Origin: Oopsacas minuta
Lineage: Eukaryota > Animalia > Porifera
NCBI GenBank assembly: GCA_024704765.1
Contig: JAKMXF010000362.1
Coordinates: 62,001 to 126,000 of the forward strand
Length of the DNA: 64,000 nt
Direction of reading: 5' to 3'
The notes beneath the pieces are model-generated. The model was not told the origin of the DNA. It did no database searches and saw nothing but the letters and a program-made list of their open reading frames with translations. Shown here piece after piece: positions 12,106-22,499 of the stretch. Each line of letters starts with the position of its first letter. Position 1 is the stretch's first letter. The position numbers were made by a program, and so were the translations under genes.

Positions 12106-15042
12106 ATGTTAGATAAGATATTTAAGATATTTCTTCTAATACTAACATCCTACATAGTACAAGAATCTACTGCTACAGACTGCGGTACCGTTGCACCAGA
12201 TAATACAGTATTGATATTAAACTCTCGTACATATCATACTCCAGGAAATCAAATACGACCTTTTGCTATTCCTGGTTGGGATATTATTGATAAAGATAAT
12301 ATTAGTTATGTGGTTATTGGCAATGTTATCCCATTTGGATGGGAATTGCTTGATAATCCTGGGGATTGCAGTCCTCATTACAGTGCATGCCCAAAGGGTC
12401 CTATATCACCAGATCCTTTAGAAATGAACTGGTTAGTCACTAGGTATTACGTAACAGAAGCTTCTAACATCGTATTGAGAATACGCTGTACTTCTGTTAT
12501 AGAACCTATCATAGATTGCCGTACTGCTATCACAGCTCATTACTATGAGTCAAACCAGAACCTGACAAATGTCAGTTCTCTATTGGACCAATTTAAACCT
12601 ACTCAGCTGTCTATCAATAATTTAACAAATGATGGTTACATGTACTTCTCATTCTCTAAGACACAATCTGGATTCTTCATAGGATTCTTAAACAAAATTC
12701 CTTGTGTAAATGTAGAAAGTTTCTATTTCTATTATTTTGAGTGTCCAGCTGTTACAACAGCAAAATACTCTATCAATGCTACTCTTGCGCCTAGCTTAAC
12801 TAATCAGCCTCTAGTAATACCTCACACTCCCACTTCCACTTGTCCTGACAGATCCCAGCCTGTAGCAACACCTGTATCATTTCAATGCTATGCTAACGGG
12901 ACCTGGATTTTACCTGAGGATCTGTGTGTATGTGTAGCAGGAGCAGAGTATGTTAACATGTCATGTTCTTATTGTTCTCTCAATAGCTACAAGATAGAAT
13001 CAGGTGATCATTTGTGTACTGACTGTCCATTGAATAGCAGTACTGGTGGTAACACATCAGCTACTGAGTGTATCTGTGACGTAGGTTGGTATAGAGGTGT
13101 TGGCGAGGGTGTTATGCTATCCTGCGGTATGAGTCCCTCCGCTGTACGGAATCTACGGATTAATAGAACTGAGTCTGAACTTGTAGCTGAGTGGGATGTA
13201 CCTACCAATTTTGGGAATAGAAAAAAAATTTCATACCGTATGGATTTATATGAAACTATTACAGGTAATATCGTTATAACAGAATTCGTTTTTCCAGAGA
13301 CTGAGTACGATCTTGTCAGTATGGTTAGTGGTAGCACTGAGTATAGGATTATGGTGACGTCACAGAATTCTATTAGCGCTGTATCAAATGTATACAACAG
13401 TGTATCTCTAACTTTTCTATCTTCTTTCCCTACACAATCTACGCTAACATATTCAGATAACAATCTTACCTGGACATACACACTATATGCTGTATCCGAG
13501 TATCAGTTTAAGCTCAGCTATAACCAGATGGTAACAGGTAATATAGTTGTATTGAATGTTAACTCATCTACTTGTCAGGATATGGGAGACTCTGTCAGGA
13601 TATGTCAGATTCTAATTTCTGATTTAAATATCTCTACTGAGGTTATGCTATCATTATTGAACTCATCAGGTCCAAATTCTGATATCATATCCCAATCATT
13701 TACGGTGGTATTACCTACATTACCTATACCAGCAGCATTCGATATAATGGAGATCATATACTACTTCGTTATTCCTATTGCTGGGTGTCTCGTTATCACT
13801 CTATTGCTGTTGATATTAATATCTTGCTGTGTGATATGCTGCTGTAGACGTAGTAGAAATTATTCAATTAAACCTAAAGACAATGAGATGATTCCTCTCC
13901 AGTCACAACTCTATCAAGATCCTAGTCTATACGAAGATCTCAATAAGGCTGTCAGGGCCCTGGCTAAGGAAATACACCCAGATGAAATAGAGAAGGAATC
14001 TATTATTGGGGTAGGAGAATTTGGTGATGTCTGGAAAGGTTATCTTACTCGTAACAACCAGAAAATGCCTGTTGCTCTTAAGATCTTAAAACCTGCATCT
14101 ACTGAGAAGAGTAAAGATGATTTCTTTAAAGAGGCATCAGTCATGGGACAGTTCAGCCATCCTAACGTTATTTTCTTGTACGGAGTTACACTTAAGAAAC
14201 CGATAATGATAGTAACTCCATTCATGGAGAATGGATCTCTTGACAATTATTTGGTAACTAATATGAATAACATTCCATTCAAAGAGCTGGTTGCTATATG
14301 CTACGGGGTGTCACGGGGTATGGTTTATCTGTCTCTACTTGGCTATGTACACAGAGATTTAGCTGCTAGGAATATTCTCGTAGACACGGATTTAACTCCT
14401 AAAATTACAGATTTCGGTTTGTCCCGAGAGACTGAGGAGAACTACTATCGGGTACAGACAGGTGGTAAGATCCCGGTCCGTTGGACAGCTCCAGAAGCTA
14501 TTCTCTACAGGAAGTTTAATACAACAAGTGATATGTGGAGCTTCGGGGTGCTCATGTGGGAGGTGATGTCATTTGGACAAGTCCCCTACGGAGATACAGA
14601 AAACTTAACTATCATGGAGGAGCTACAGAAAGGATACCGTCTGCCAGTTCCTGACCGCTGTCCTTCTGTCATATACAACTTAATGCTTAACTGCTGGAAT
14701 GATAATCCTAATCATAGACCTAGCTTTACAAACATACAACAGTCTCTGCTTCAGATAATAGAGGCTAATAAAACTCGTCCTAATTCTGCTATAGTTAAAC
14801 TTAATACACAGAATCCGCTTAATCATACCACGCTAGACTCATGGCTAACTTCTCTAAAGCTAGAGAAATATGCTCTCAATTTCCGTGAGAATGGATACTC
14901 ACAGATTTCCTCTGCCTGGCATATGTCTGATGCTGAGCTATTCAAGATAGGCATTATCCCAGCTGGACACAGGAATAAGATAATGTCGAGCATTCACAGG
15001 GCTAATAGTCAGCTCTGCTTTACATATTCTGTTCCTCTATAG
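12106..15042 (+). CDS. Eph-family receptor tyrosine kinase, intronless
   Basis: Signal peptide, Cys-rich region (C-x-C, CSYCSLNSYK, CTDCP), FN3 (PSAVRNLRI...EWDVP...YRIMVTSQN), TM segment, juxtamembrane YQDPSLYED-x3-AV-x3-AKEI, kinase (GVGEFG, VALK, HRDLAARN, DFG, KIPVRWTAPEA) and a C-terminal SAM domain. Confidence 0.92.
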   Translation: MLDKIFKIFLLILTSYIVQESTATDCGTVAPDNTVLILNSRTYHTPGNQIRPFAIPGWDIIDKDNISYVVIGNVIPFGWELLDNPGDCSPHYSACPKGPISPDPLEMNWLVTRYYVTEASNIVLRIRCTSVIEPIIDCRTAITAHYYESNQNLTNVSSLLDQFKPTQLSINNLTNDGYMYFSFSKTQSGFFIGFLNKIPCVNVESFYFYYFECPAVTTAKYSINATLAPSLTNQPLVIPHTPTSTCPDRSQPVATPVSFQCYANGTWILPEDLCVCVAGAEYVNMSCSYCSLNSYKIESGDHLCTDCPLNSSTGGNTSATECICDVGWYRGVGEGVMLSCGMSPSAVRNLRINRTESELVAEWDVPTNFGNRKKISYRMDLYETITGNIVITEFVFPETEYDLVSMVSGSTEYRIMVTSQNSISAVSNVYNSVSLTFLSSFPTQSTLTYSDNNLTWTYTLYAVSEYQFKLSYNQMVTGNIVVLNVNSSTCQDMGDSVRICQILISDLNISTEVMLSLLNSSGPNSDIISQSFTVVLPTLPIPAAFDIMEIIYYFVIPIAGCLVITLLLLILISCCVICCCRRSRNYSIKPKDNEMIPLQSQLYQDPSLYEDLNKAVRALAKEIHPDEIEKESIIGVGEFGDVWKGYLTRNNQKMPVALKILKPASTEKSKDDFFKEASVMGQFSHPNVIFLYGVTLKKPIMIVTPFMENGSLDNYLVTNMNNIPFKELVAICYGVSRGMVYLSLLGYVHRDLAARNILVDTDLTPKITDFGLSRETEENYYRVQTGGKIPVRWTAPEAILYRKFNTTSDMWSFGVLMWEVMSFGQVPYGDTENLTIMEELQKGYRLPVPDRCPSVIYNLMLNCWNDNPNHRPSFTNIQQSLLQIIEANKTRPNSAIVKLNTQNPLNHTTLDSWLTSLKLEKYALNFRENGYSQISSAWHMSDAELFKIGIIPAGHRNKIMSSIHRANSQLCFTYSVPL

Positions 15043-15593
15043 TTGTGTGTATTTGTTTTAGAAACTAAGTTAATATTGAACTTTTGAATATTTTTACTGT
15101 ATATATTTGTTAATGCTGTTTTATCTTGTGAATACATAAACTGTTATGCTTCTTGCTTCTAATATGCTATCTAATCAATTTGCAGGGAATGATCCAGTGG
15201 ATTGGATGTCTAACCAGTAACCACCCTATTTTAGGCCTAGCTATGGTAAAAATATGCTACTTGGAAAATTACTGGCGAAATGGGATCAGACCCATTACCA
15301 ATAGAATGGAAATGCTATGTAACTACGTATATTTAGCTCATTCATAGCAAAGTAATATTGTTTAATGGGAAACAGAGTTTGACTTTTATTTGGATTAAAT
15401 CAATTGAAACTTTACATCTGTCCCTCTCCATTTGAGTTTATTTTATAATGAATCACAGAGGTTTGTTGAGTTTTTTGGTTTTTAGATAGCTGTAGCATGA
15501 TTGATTGGCCAATATTCCAGACATGGAGTTTGTATTATGTGTAATAAAATTCCCTAATTTTTATTACATAGTTGTGAAGTAATTGTACGTATA

Positions 15594-15756
15594 GGGGTCG
15601 TTCAAACGGTACAGAACGCAAGTTTCCATAAATTTTACCCCCTCCCCTCCTGCGTTCCGTTTTTGACCAATTTGTAACACAATAAGAATAGGGACGTCAC
15701 ACTTTGCATATCACCCTCCTCCCCTTGGTAGTGTTACGTAATGTTTGAACAGCCCC
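15594..15756. mobile_element. PIF/Harbinger-like MITE
   Basis: Ends GGGGTCGTTCAAAC / GTTTGAACAGCCCC (imperfect TIR), with flanks ATA and TTA resembling a 3-bp TWA TSD. Confidence 0.5.
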
Positions 15757-15933
15757 TTACAGTAGAACATCATTATAACGAAGTCAGGTAACACGTAACT
15801 ATGAATAATAAGCATTTAGTGTATATGATAACAATCTTATTATGCTCCAATATTATTCATATATAGTAAACAGGCACTGAGCTCCGAATAAGGAGTATGA
15901 ATTTCTACGGTTTCGTATTTCTCTTTCCATGTA

Positions 15934-18013
15934 CAGTCAAACCTCCAATAGTGAACACCTCTCATTAGTGAACACCTCCAAATAGTGAACACTATATTCT
16001 GGTCCCAAATATTTCCCTATCAAATAATATTTATAAGAACCTCTCTTTAATGAACACCTCTATACTGTGAATAGTGAACACCTTATTTGAACATTTCATA
16101 AGTAAGATCTCAATTAGAATGAACCTCCAATTAGTGAACATGGGTCAGGTTTCTGAATACAAAATAAACAGTGTTATATGAAAAGCGTGAAAAGATAATG
16201 TCACATATGCATATACTACTAATAAGTTATCAATTGCCAACGTATAACGTACTAATACGTAGTTTAGAATTACTCTACCAACTCAGGTTATTTTAGCCAT
16301 CTATCCGTGATGTCACTAAAAAGGAAAAATCTTACAATATCCGAAAAGCTCAATGTAATAGAATTTGCCTCAACGCACAGCCAGCGTGATGTAGCTGATC
16401 GATTTGGTATATCTGTGGGAGCCGTAAATAACATTCTTAAGAAGAAACAGGAAATCCAAATGGCTTGCGAAGAAAACTGTAACCCACAAATGAAGCGAGT
16501 TAGATTGTCTAGTCATTGTGAAGTTAATGATCTTATTTGGCAGTGGTTTGTAACAGCTAGATCAAAGAATATACCAATTTCAGGACCTATCTTACAAGCA
16601 AAGGGCATAGATTTTGCCGAACAACTAGGTATACCATTCAAAGCCTCTAATGGCTGGTTGGAAAAGTTCAGGTCAAGGTACAATATAGCATTCAAGACAC
16701 TATGCGGTGAAAGTGCCAGTGTTGATTCGGGGACTGTTGATACATGGAAGCAACAATTACATACGATAATAGGTGGTTACAGCCCTGAAGATATTTTCAA
16801 TTGTGATGAAACAGGTCTCTACTATAAGGTTTTGCCAACTAAGTCTCTTGTAGAGAAAAACAAAATTTGCAACGGAACAAAGACGTCAAAGGATAGGTTG
16901 ACAATTCTTTTGTGTGCGAATATGTCGGGTACGGAAAAATTGAAACTATTGATGATAGGGAAAAGTCAGAATCCTAGGTGCTTCAAACACATGGACTTTA
17001 GTCAAATGCCGGTGCAATGGAAAGCAAACAAAAAGGCTTGGATGGATAGTAGTATATTTGGAGAATGGTTGAAGGATATCAACAATAAAATGAAGCGACA
17101 AAAGAGAAAGATTCTTGTATTCATTGATAATGCTACAAGTCATCCTCATTCAGTATTTAGTAATATTGAGTTAAAGTTTTTTCCTGCAAATTGTACATCC
17201 CAATTACAGCCAATGGATCAAGGAATTATACAGTCTATGAAACTTTCTTATAGGAAGATCCTCTTAATGGATGTACTAAGCAGAGTTGAATCTTGTGATT
17301 CTGGGCAAGGACTAATTAAATCGATCACAGTTAAGCATGCGTTGTATTGGGCAGCCCAAGCTTGGGAAAATGTCAAATCTGAAACTATTCAGAAATGTTT
17401 CGCAGATGCTGGATTTGGTTTCTATGAACACGCAAATCTTGACCATGAAGAAAATATCCAAAATATGATTGATGATTTGTCTTCCAGTCTTGGAATCGAA
17501 TGTTGTTCAGGAATTAACTTCATGAATATCGATGAAGAGGAACAATTACTGCATGCATATACTGATGATGATTGGGAAACACAGCTAATAGAAAATTATT
17601 TATCACCAGCAGACAATGAAACATTAGAATTGGATGAAGAAAGCGACTCAGATATTCCAATCTCAAAAGCTCCAACAGTAAAAGAAGTACTGTATTCATT
17701 GGATGTAATAAAGACATTCAGCAATAACGACAGTAAGGTGTTTGGAGCTGTAATGAAAGCTGAATCAGCAATCAAAGAGCTAATATCAGAAGGAACATGT
17801 CAAAGGCAGTCAAAACTTACTGATTATTTGGAGAAAATTAATTAATAGCTAAAAACACATTAACATTGCATACTTAAATCATAATACATTTCATATAGCT
17901 TATTAAAATTTCATTGTTATACTATTTCAATGTAACCTCTCATTAATGAACACCTCGCTATAATGAACAAAAAAATCTGTCCCGAGGGTGTTCACTATGG
18001 AGAGGTTTGACTG
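15934..18013 (+). mobile_element. Full-length pogo/Tigger DNA transposon, 2080 bp
   Basis: TA|CAGTCAAACCTC...GAGGTTTGACTG|TA. 12 bp of the TIR is perfect and about 27 bp imperfect. Several subterminal (A/G)TGAACACC repeats. Contains an intact transposase. Confidence 0.93.
16310..17845 (+). CDS. pogo/Tigger transposase (HTH-psq, CENP-B HTH, DDE_1)
   Basis: KRKNLTISEK N-terminus, FKASNGWLEKF, FNCDETGL, KDRLTILLCAN, DNATSH...QPMDQG with 29 residues between D2 and D3 (DD29D). C-terminal QSKLTDYL. Confidence 0.92.
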   Translation: MSLKRKNLTISEKLNVIEFASTHSQRDVADRFGISVGAVNNILKKKQEIQMACEENCNPQMKRVRLSSHCEVNDLIWQWFVTARSKNIPISGPILQAKGIDFAEQLGIPFKASNGWLEKFRSRYNIAFKTLCGESASVDSGTVDTWKQQLHTIIGGYSPEDIFNCDETGLYYKVLPTKSLVEKNKICNGTKTSKDRLTILLCANMSGTEKLKLLMIGKSQNPRCFKHMDFSQMPVQWKANKKAWMDSSIFGEWLKDINNKMKRQKRKILVFIDNATSHPHSVFSNIELKFFPANCTSQLQPMDQGIIQSMKLSYRKILLMDVLSRVESCDSGQGLIKSITVKHALYWAAQAWENVKSETIQKCFADAGFGFYEHANLDHEENIQNMIDDLSSSLGIECCSGINFMNIDEEEQLLHAYTDDDWETQLIENYLSPADNETLELDEESDSDIPISKAPTVKEVLYSLDVIKTFSNNDSKVFGAVMKAESAIKELISEGTCQRQSKLTDYLEKIN

Positions 18014-19073
18014 TATACGAAATCTTAGAATTATCCTACATCTTAATATTGTAGAAATTACATGCAATTTCTATATTAAAGCTAAGCATATTTTAATCAG
18101 GATTAACCGGGTTATGTTGTAACACGATCAAATTTATATATTATCCGAATTCATCCGAATTGCATTTAATATTCCTATATATCAATAACAGGTAGAACCA
18201 ACAGGTTAATTGTAATCTGATGTACGTACTGTAATATATTTTAATTATAATTCAATTGTATATCTGTAATTACCTTGACCGCTACACCCATTGAGAATAA
18301 GTTATATATTTCTGGGGCGTAACTAGAGATCCCAGAGCGAGGAGGCAAAGATGGTTTTCTTCAATATAATGGTGATTACAATAGGGAGATGAGGCAACGC
18401 CCTGAACTTCCTCTGCCTCAATGGTAGTTACGCCTTAGTATTTATTTATGCATTCTTGTCAACCGTCCAGAATTTCCTATACAGTCCACCGATTTGCTAG
18501 TCTAGGGTTCCATGGATTCATCAAACTTGTCCAGGGATTTACAATGCATTGATTAATAATTATTGAATGAGCTCTACGCTCTAGGTCCCAAATACACCAG
18601 AATTTTTGTGCGTTTAGGGAGTAGCAGGACTAGCAACTTTTCATCTAGAATATTATAAACGTATAGTATTATACTTTATTAATTTATTATAATTTTAATT
18701 TCGAAGCGATTTAAGCCAAACATTTTGATTCATAAGTAGCACAGTAAATTGAGTTGACAAAGGTTAACAAGTATATTATGGTCAGTAATATATTTTCTAC
18801 ATACTACATACACAGTATATCATATCTGTACAGCGTGAATATCTGATTCAGCATATGCGAATTACAGTAGAATCCCGTTTTTATGAACACCAACGGACGT
18901 TCAAATTTTGTTCGGTTTATTCGATTTCATATTACCGACCGTGTACTGTATTTAATTTGATTTAATAGAATGTATTATCAGTCCCTAATGGTATTATTCA
19001 TACAAATACTACTTTCCAAACAGGACAAGTCATGTGTCCTTTACTTTTGAATATAATTCTGAACATTTCTTGC

Positions 19074-20204
19074 CTACAAGAGTGATTCTCTTAGAGAATA
19101 ACAGTATGCAGTACGTCTCTCTTCGATCTTTGTCTTGACAATGAGTGTAATTGTCATTATGATATAAGGCCCTGCAAACATTAATGTACCAGCTGTAATA
19201 AGAGTTTTCTCAATGATAGCAAATATCAGAAGGAAAATCTCAAAAGTGGGGAGTTGATCTTGTCTGAGCGGGGATTGATAATATACATTGTATAGATAGG
19301 GGAAGAGACACTGTCCGTAATAGAGGAATAGTCCTATTATGATTTCTATAAACTCTATCACTTCTGCAAGGTAAAATAATAGAACTCCGATTGCAAGAGT
19401 AATTATTGAAAAGTTGAAATATTCGTTCTGTTTCTTATGTAACTTCAGTAATAGCAGCTCGTTGTTATGGTACAAATCCTGACTCCTCCATTTCAATACT
19501 CTACTGAAGAATTTCGCATGTTTACAAGTCTGTATGAATAGGGTAAGGAATATTATCAGTGCCAAGAGACGACCGAATACTATGAATTGTGGGATAACTC
19601 CTAATATGAATATTATAACCGAGAACACTACTGTGTATTTGATTGGACGATATATCTTCTCGTATTTCCAAATCTTAGTGACGTATGTATTGGAAATGAA
19701 TTTGAATAAACACACTACTACACCCAGTATTAGAATGCTATTAGTTCTAGCAAAACAAAGAAATATGAAAGTAGGTGGATATCTCAGTTCATGAACCCAG
19801 GCTCTCTTGCTGTAAACTATTGATATACAGGTGGAGTTATAAGGTAGAGATAAGTTTTTTAAGAAAGGAGAAATACTGGTCAACTCAGGGTAGAGAAATC
19901 CTAACCAGTAAGAAATGAATGAGATAAACTCTAGAGTAAGGAGAGTGAATAGGAATTTTCCTTGTGTTATCCTATTCTCACATTCTATTAATTCTATTCT
20001 TGTATGCTGATCCTTCTGTTGTATATTCTTAATACGTCTCATTTTCTGGTAAGCTAACCTTATCTTCATTATAACATGGATACTCCATCCCACTTGTAAT
20101 ACAAGCCCGATACTCCCTGTAGTTATTAATAATGCCGCTTCTGTTATTGATACATACTCATTCAGCTGTTTAATAGCTTGTAAATACTTCAAGTTATCCT
20201 CCAT
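19074..20204 (-). CDS. Orphan multipass membrane protein (about 7 TM), GPCR-like topology unproven
   Basis: 376-aa intact ORF with about seven hydrophobic segments. No DRY or NPxxY motif was recognised. Confidence 0.65.
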   Translation of the reverse strand: MEDNLKYLQAIKQLNEYVSITEAALLITTGSIGLVLQVGWSIHVIMKIRLAYQKMRRIKNIQQKDQHTRIELIECENRITQGKFLFTLLTLEFISFISYWLGFLYPELTSISPFLKNLSLPYNSTCISIVYSKRAWVHELRYPPTFIFLCFARTNSILILGVVVCLFKFISNTYVTKIWKYEKIYRPIKYTVVFSVIIFILGVIPQFIVFGRLLALIIFLTLFIQTCKHAKFFSRVLKWRSQDLYHNNELLLLKLHKKQNEYFNFSIITLAIGVLLFYLAEVIEFIEIIIGLFLYYGQCLFPYLYNVYYQSPLRQDQLPTFEIFLLIFAIIEKTLITAGTLMFAGPYIIMTITLIVKTKIEERRTAYCYSLRESLL

Positions 20205-21923
20205 AAAATGGAAATTTCTGCATATTAATTATTAAATCTATTTTATAGTTGATTTCGTTGTTGGAATTCCAATTTATTGCTTATCTGATAAACTTTATCA
20301 TACTTTCAATTTTATTTTACGAATTGATTTGTGATTTATTAGAAATAGAATGAAACCGCCGCCGTATACACAATAATAATATTATGTCATGTGTTATTCT
20401 AATATGATTTGTTTATAGGAAATTTATCGAGTAAGCTAGGTTGTTTGCTCTTTCAGTATTTACATTATATACTTAATTAAATGATGTATTCATATTCCTA
20501 AGAATTACTCGTTGTTTTGGTTATGTTACTTACTTCTTCGTGCTTTGATTTACAATTAATTATTAAATATACAAATCAGGGATAAATACAAATAAAGGAA
20601 TTTATAACTCCTTATTTGGTCATACTCGTGTATTTACCCTACCTGATTGTTTTCTACAGTTTTATTTATAAAGTAATTATGTTTTATAGATATACTCCTT
20701 CTAAATCAAATTTGGAAATATTTTCCTGATTTAGATCGGTCAAATGCAGTTTCAGGTTCGGGTCGCTACGGCTAGATTCCAACTCTTATCTAAATGAGAT
20801 ACTGAAGTAGCATTTGTGTGTGTGATGGTAGAATTTAGTAGGAAGATTATACTAGCATTCTAAACGAATACTCGAATCTATTATATCATTTGTCGATAAG
20901 GTTTTTAGTGCAGCTCCTATAGAGATATGTCCTAATGGCATGGACGACGGATCCGGACGTCCGTCCGCGCGGTCGTGCTAAATCTAACAGTCAAATGAAC
21001 ATGAAAATTGGGATACATTTACATTTTGGGTCGGATATTTGCACCTCGGGTATAAATTTTTCTAAAGTGAATATTTCACACCTTTTTGGTGATTAATCAT
21101 ATTTTCACACCTTTCTATGTAAAATACGAAGCAAGCTAGGGATTAGGTTTCAACATGTTATCAGGAGTAATTGGGTGCATAGAGTCCGATTTTGACATTT
21201 TCAAATCTATATCTAAATGATCTATCATATGATTATCATATTTTCACACCTTCTAAATCATGCTAGAGATCTCGTTTAACTGCTAGTAAGATAAAATATA
21301 ATTCTAGTGAAATATGGTTAGTCAAATTAGAATCTACTTGCTCGATTGCCCCTTAGCTAGACGAAACTGATGCCTTATAATTATGTTTGAAGATCATTTA
21401 GAGGATCGATATGCTTGTAACTAGACTCAGTTCGTCTAGCGGTGTCGAACAAGGGGTCGTTATTAGACTAAAAGATAATTATAATATATTAATGATCAGA
21501 CAATGTTTATTGTGTAAAATAATGTTAAAAATAGTGAATATTTTATTGCATTTTTAGAGATATTCTGTATTATAATCATTTATAAATGTATCAACTTAAA
21601 ACTGTGTTTGCATTTTTAAGCTCCTTAATAAGAGGTTCTATATTAGACTCCACCAATTTCCTCTTTTGGATCACAGTGATGTTAGTTGTTAGATCGCCAT
21701 TTCTAGTCTTGCAGCTGATAAATATTAATTAATTCAATTCTTCTCGATCTGATATTATATTACGTCACTTCGTAATTGATTTTAATAAACCATATTTTGG
21801 TAATTTCATTGATTTAATCAGTAATTATGCGAAATCTAACAATAATCAAACAATTAATTCTGCCTTAGCCGCGCGTATAGTGATGGCCTGCTAGGCTGCT
21901 GTTACTCATATTCAGGATTATTA

Positions 21924-22499
21924 TTACATTATCCTGCAATGATTAATGTTAGCCTCCTTCTCCTTCTCTGCTAGGATGCAGTCCTTTCTAGCTGTGTGCA
22001 GATTAGATATGCATATGTTGTGTGGGTTCAGTACTTTGTCCATGTTAGTCCCTTCTTTCGCGCTTACCTCAATGAAATCTAGTCCCCTGTTTTTCGCGAA
22101 AGATTCCCCCTTACTTCTTGACACTTCTCGTCTTTCCTCCAGATCACATTTTAAACCTATTATCAATTTCCTTTGTACATTAGAAACTTGCTTAAGCCAG
22201 AATTCCAATTCCAAGAAGCTCTTCATACTTGTAATATCATACAATAGACATACAACATCAGCTGTAGAGGTGTATCCCTCATAAACATAGCGGAACTCTT
22301 GACTACACATCTTATCCCAAACCTGTATTTTAAAAGTTACTCCTTTCTCTTTTGTTACTTTCAGTCTGTAGTCCAGCCCGTATACCTTGCTAATGTATTC
22401 TGGAAATAGTCCCTCCGCGTATCTTCTTACAAAACTTGTCATCCCGATACCCCGCTCTCCGACAACAATAACTTTAAAATATTTGTTCTTCTCTGCCAT
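21924..22499 (-). CDS. Rab-like small G protein with degenerate G motifs and a CaaX end
   Basis: Rab-like layout: FKVIVVG, KIQVWD, LLYDIT, SF-x-ELEFWL, KCDLEERREVS, FIEVSAK. G1 is GERGIGMT, G3 is DKMCSQ, G4 is LKCD. The protein ends CRIM. Confidence 0.75.
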   Translation of the reverse strand: MAEKNKYFKVIVVGERGIGMTSFVRRYAEGLFPEYISKVYGLDYRLKVTKEKGVTFKIQVWDKMCSQEFRYVYEGYTSTADVVCLLYDITSMKSFLELEFWLKQVSNVQRKLIIGLKCDLEERREVSRSKGESFAKNRGLDFIEVSAKEGTNMDKVLNPHNICISNLHTARKDCILAEKEKEANINHCRIM

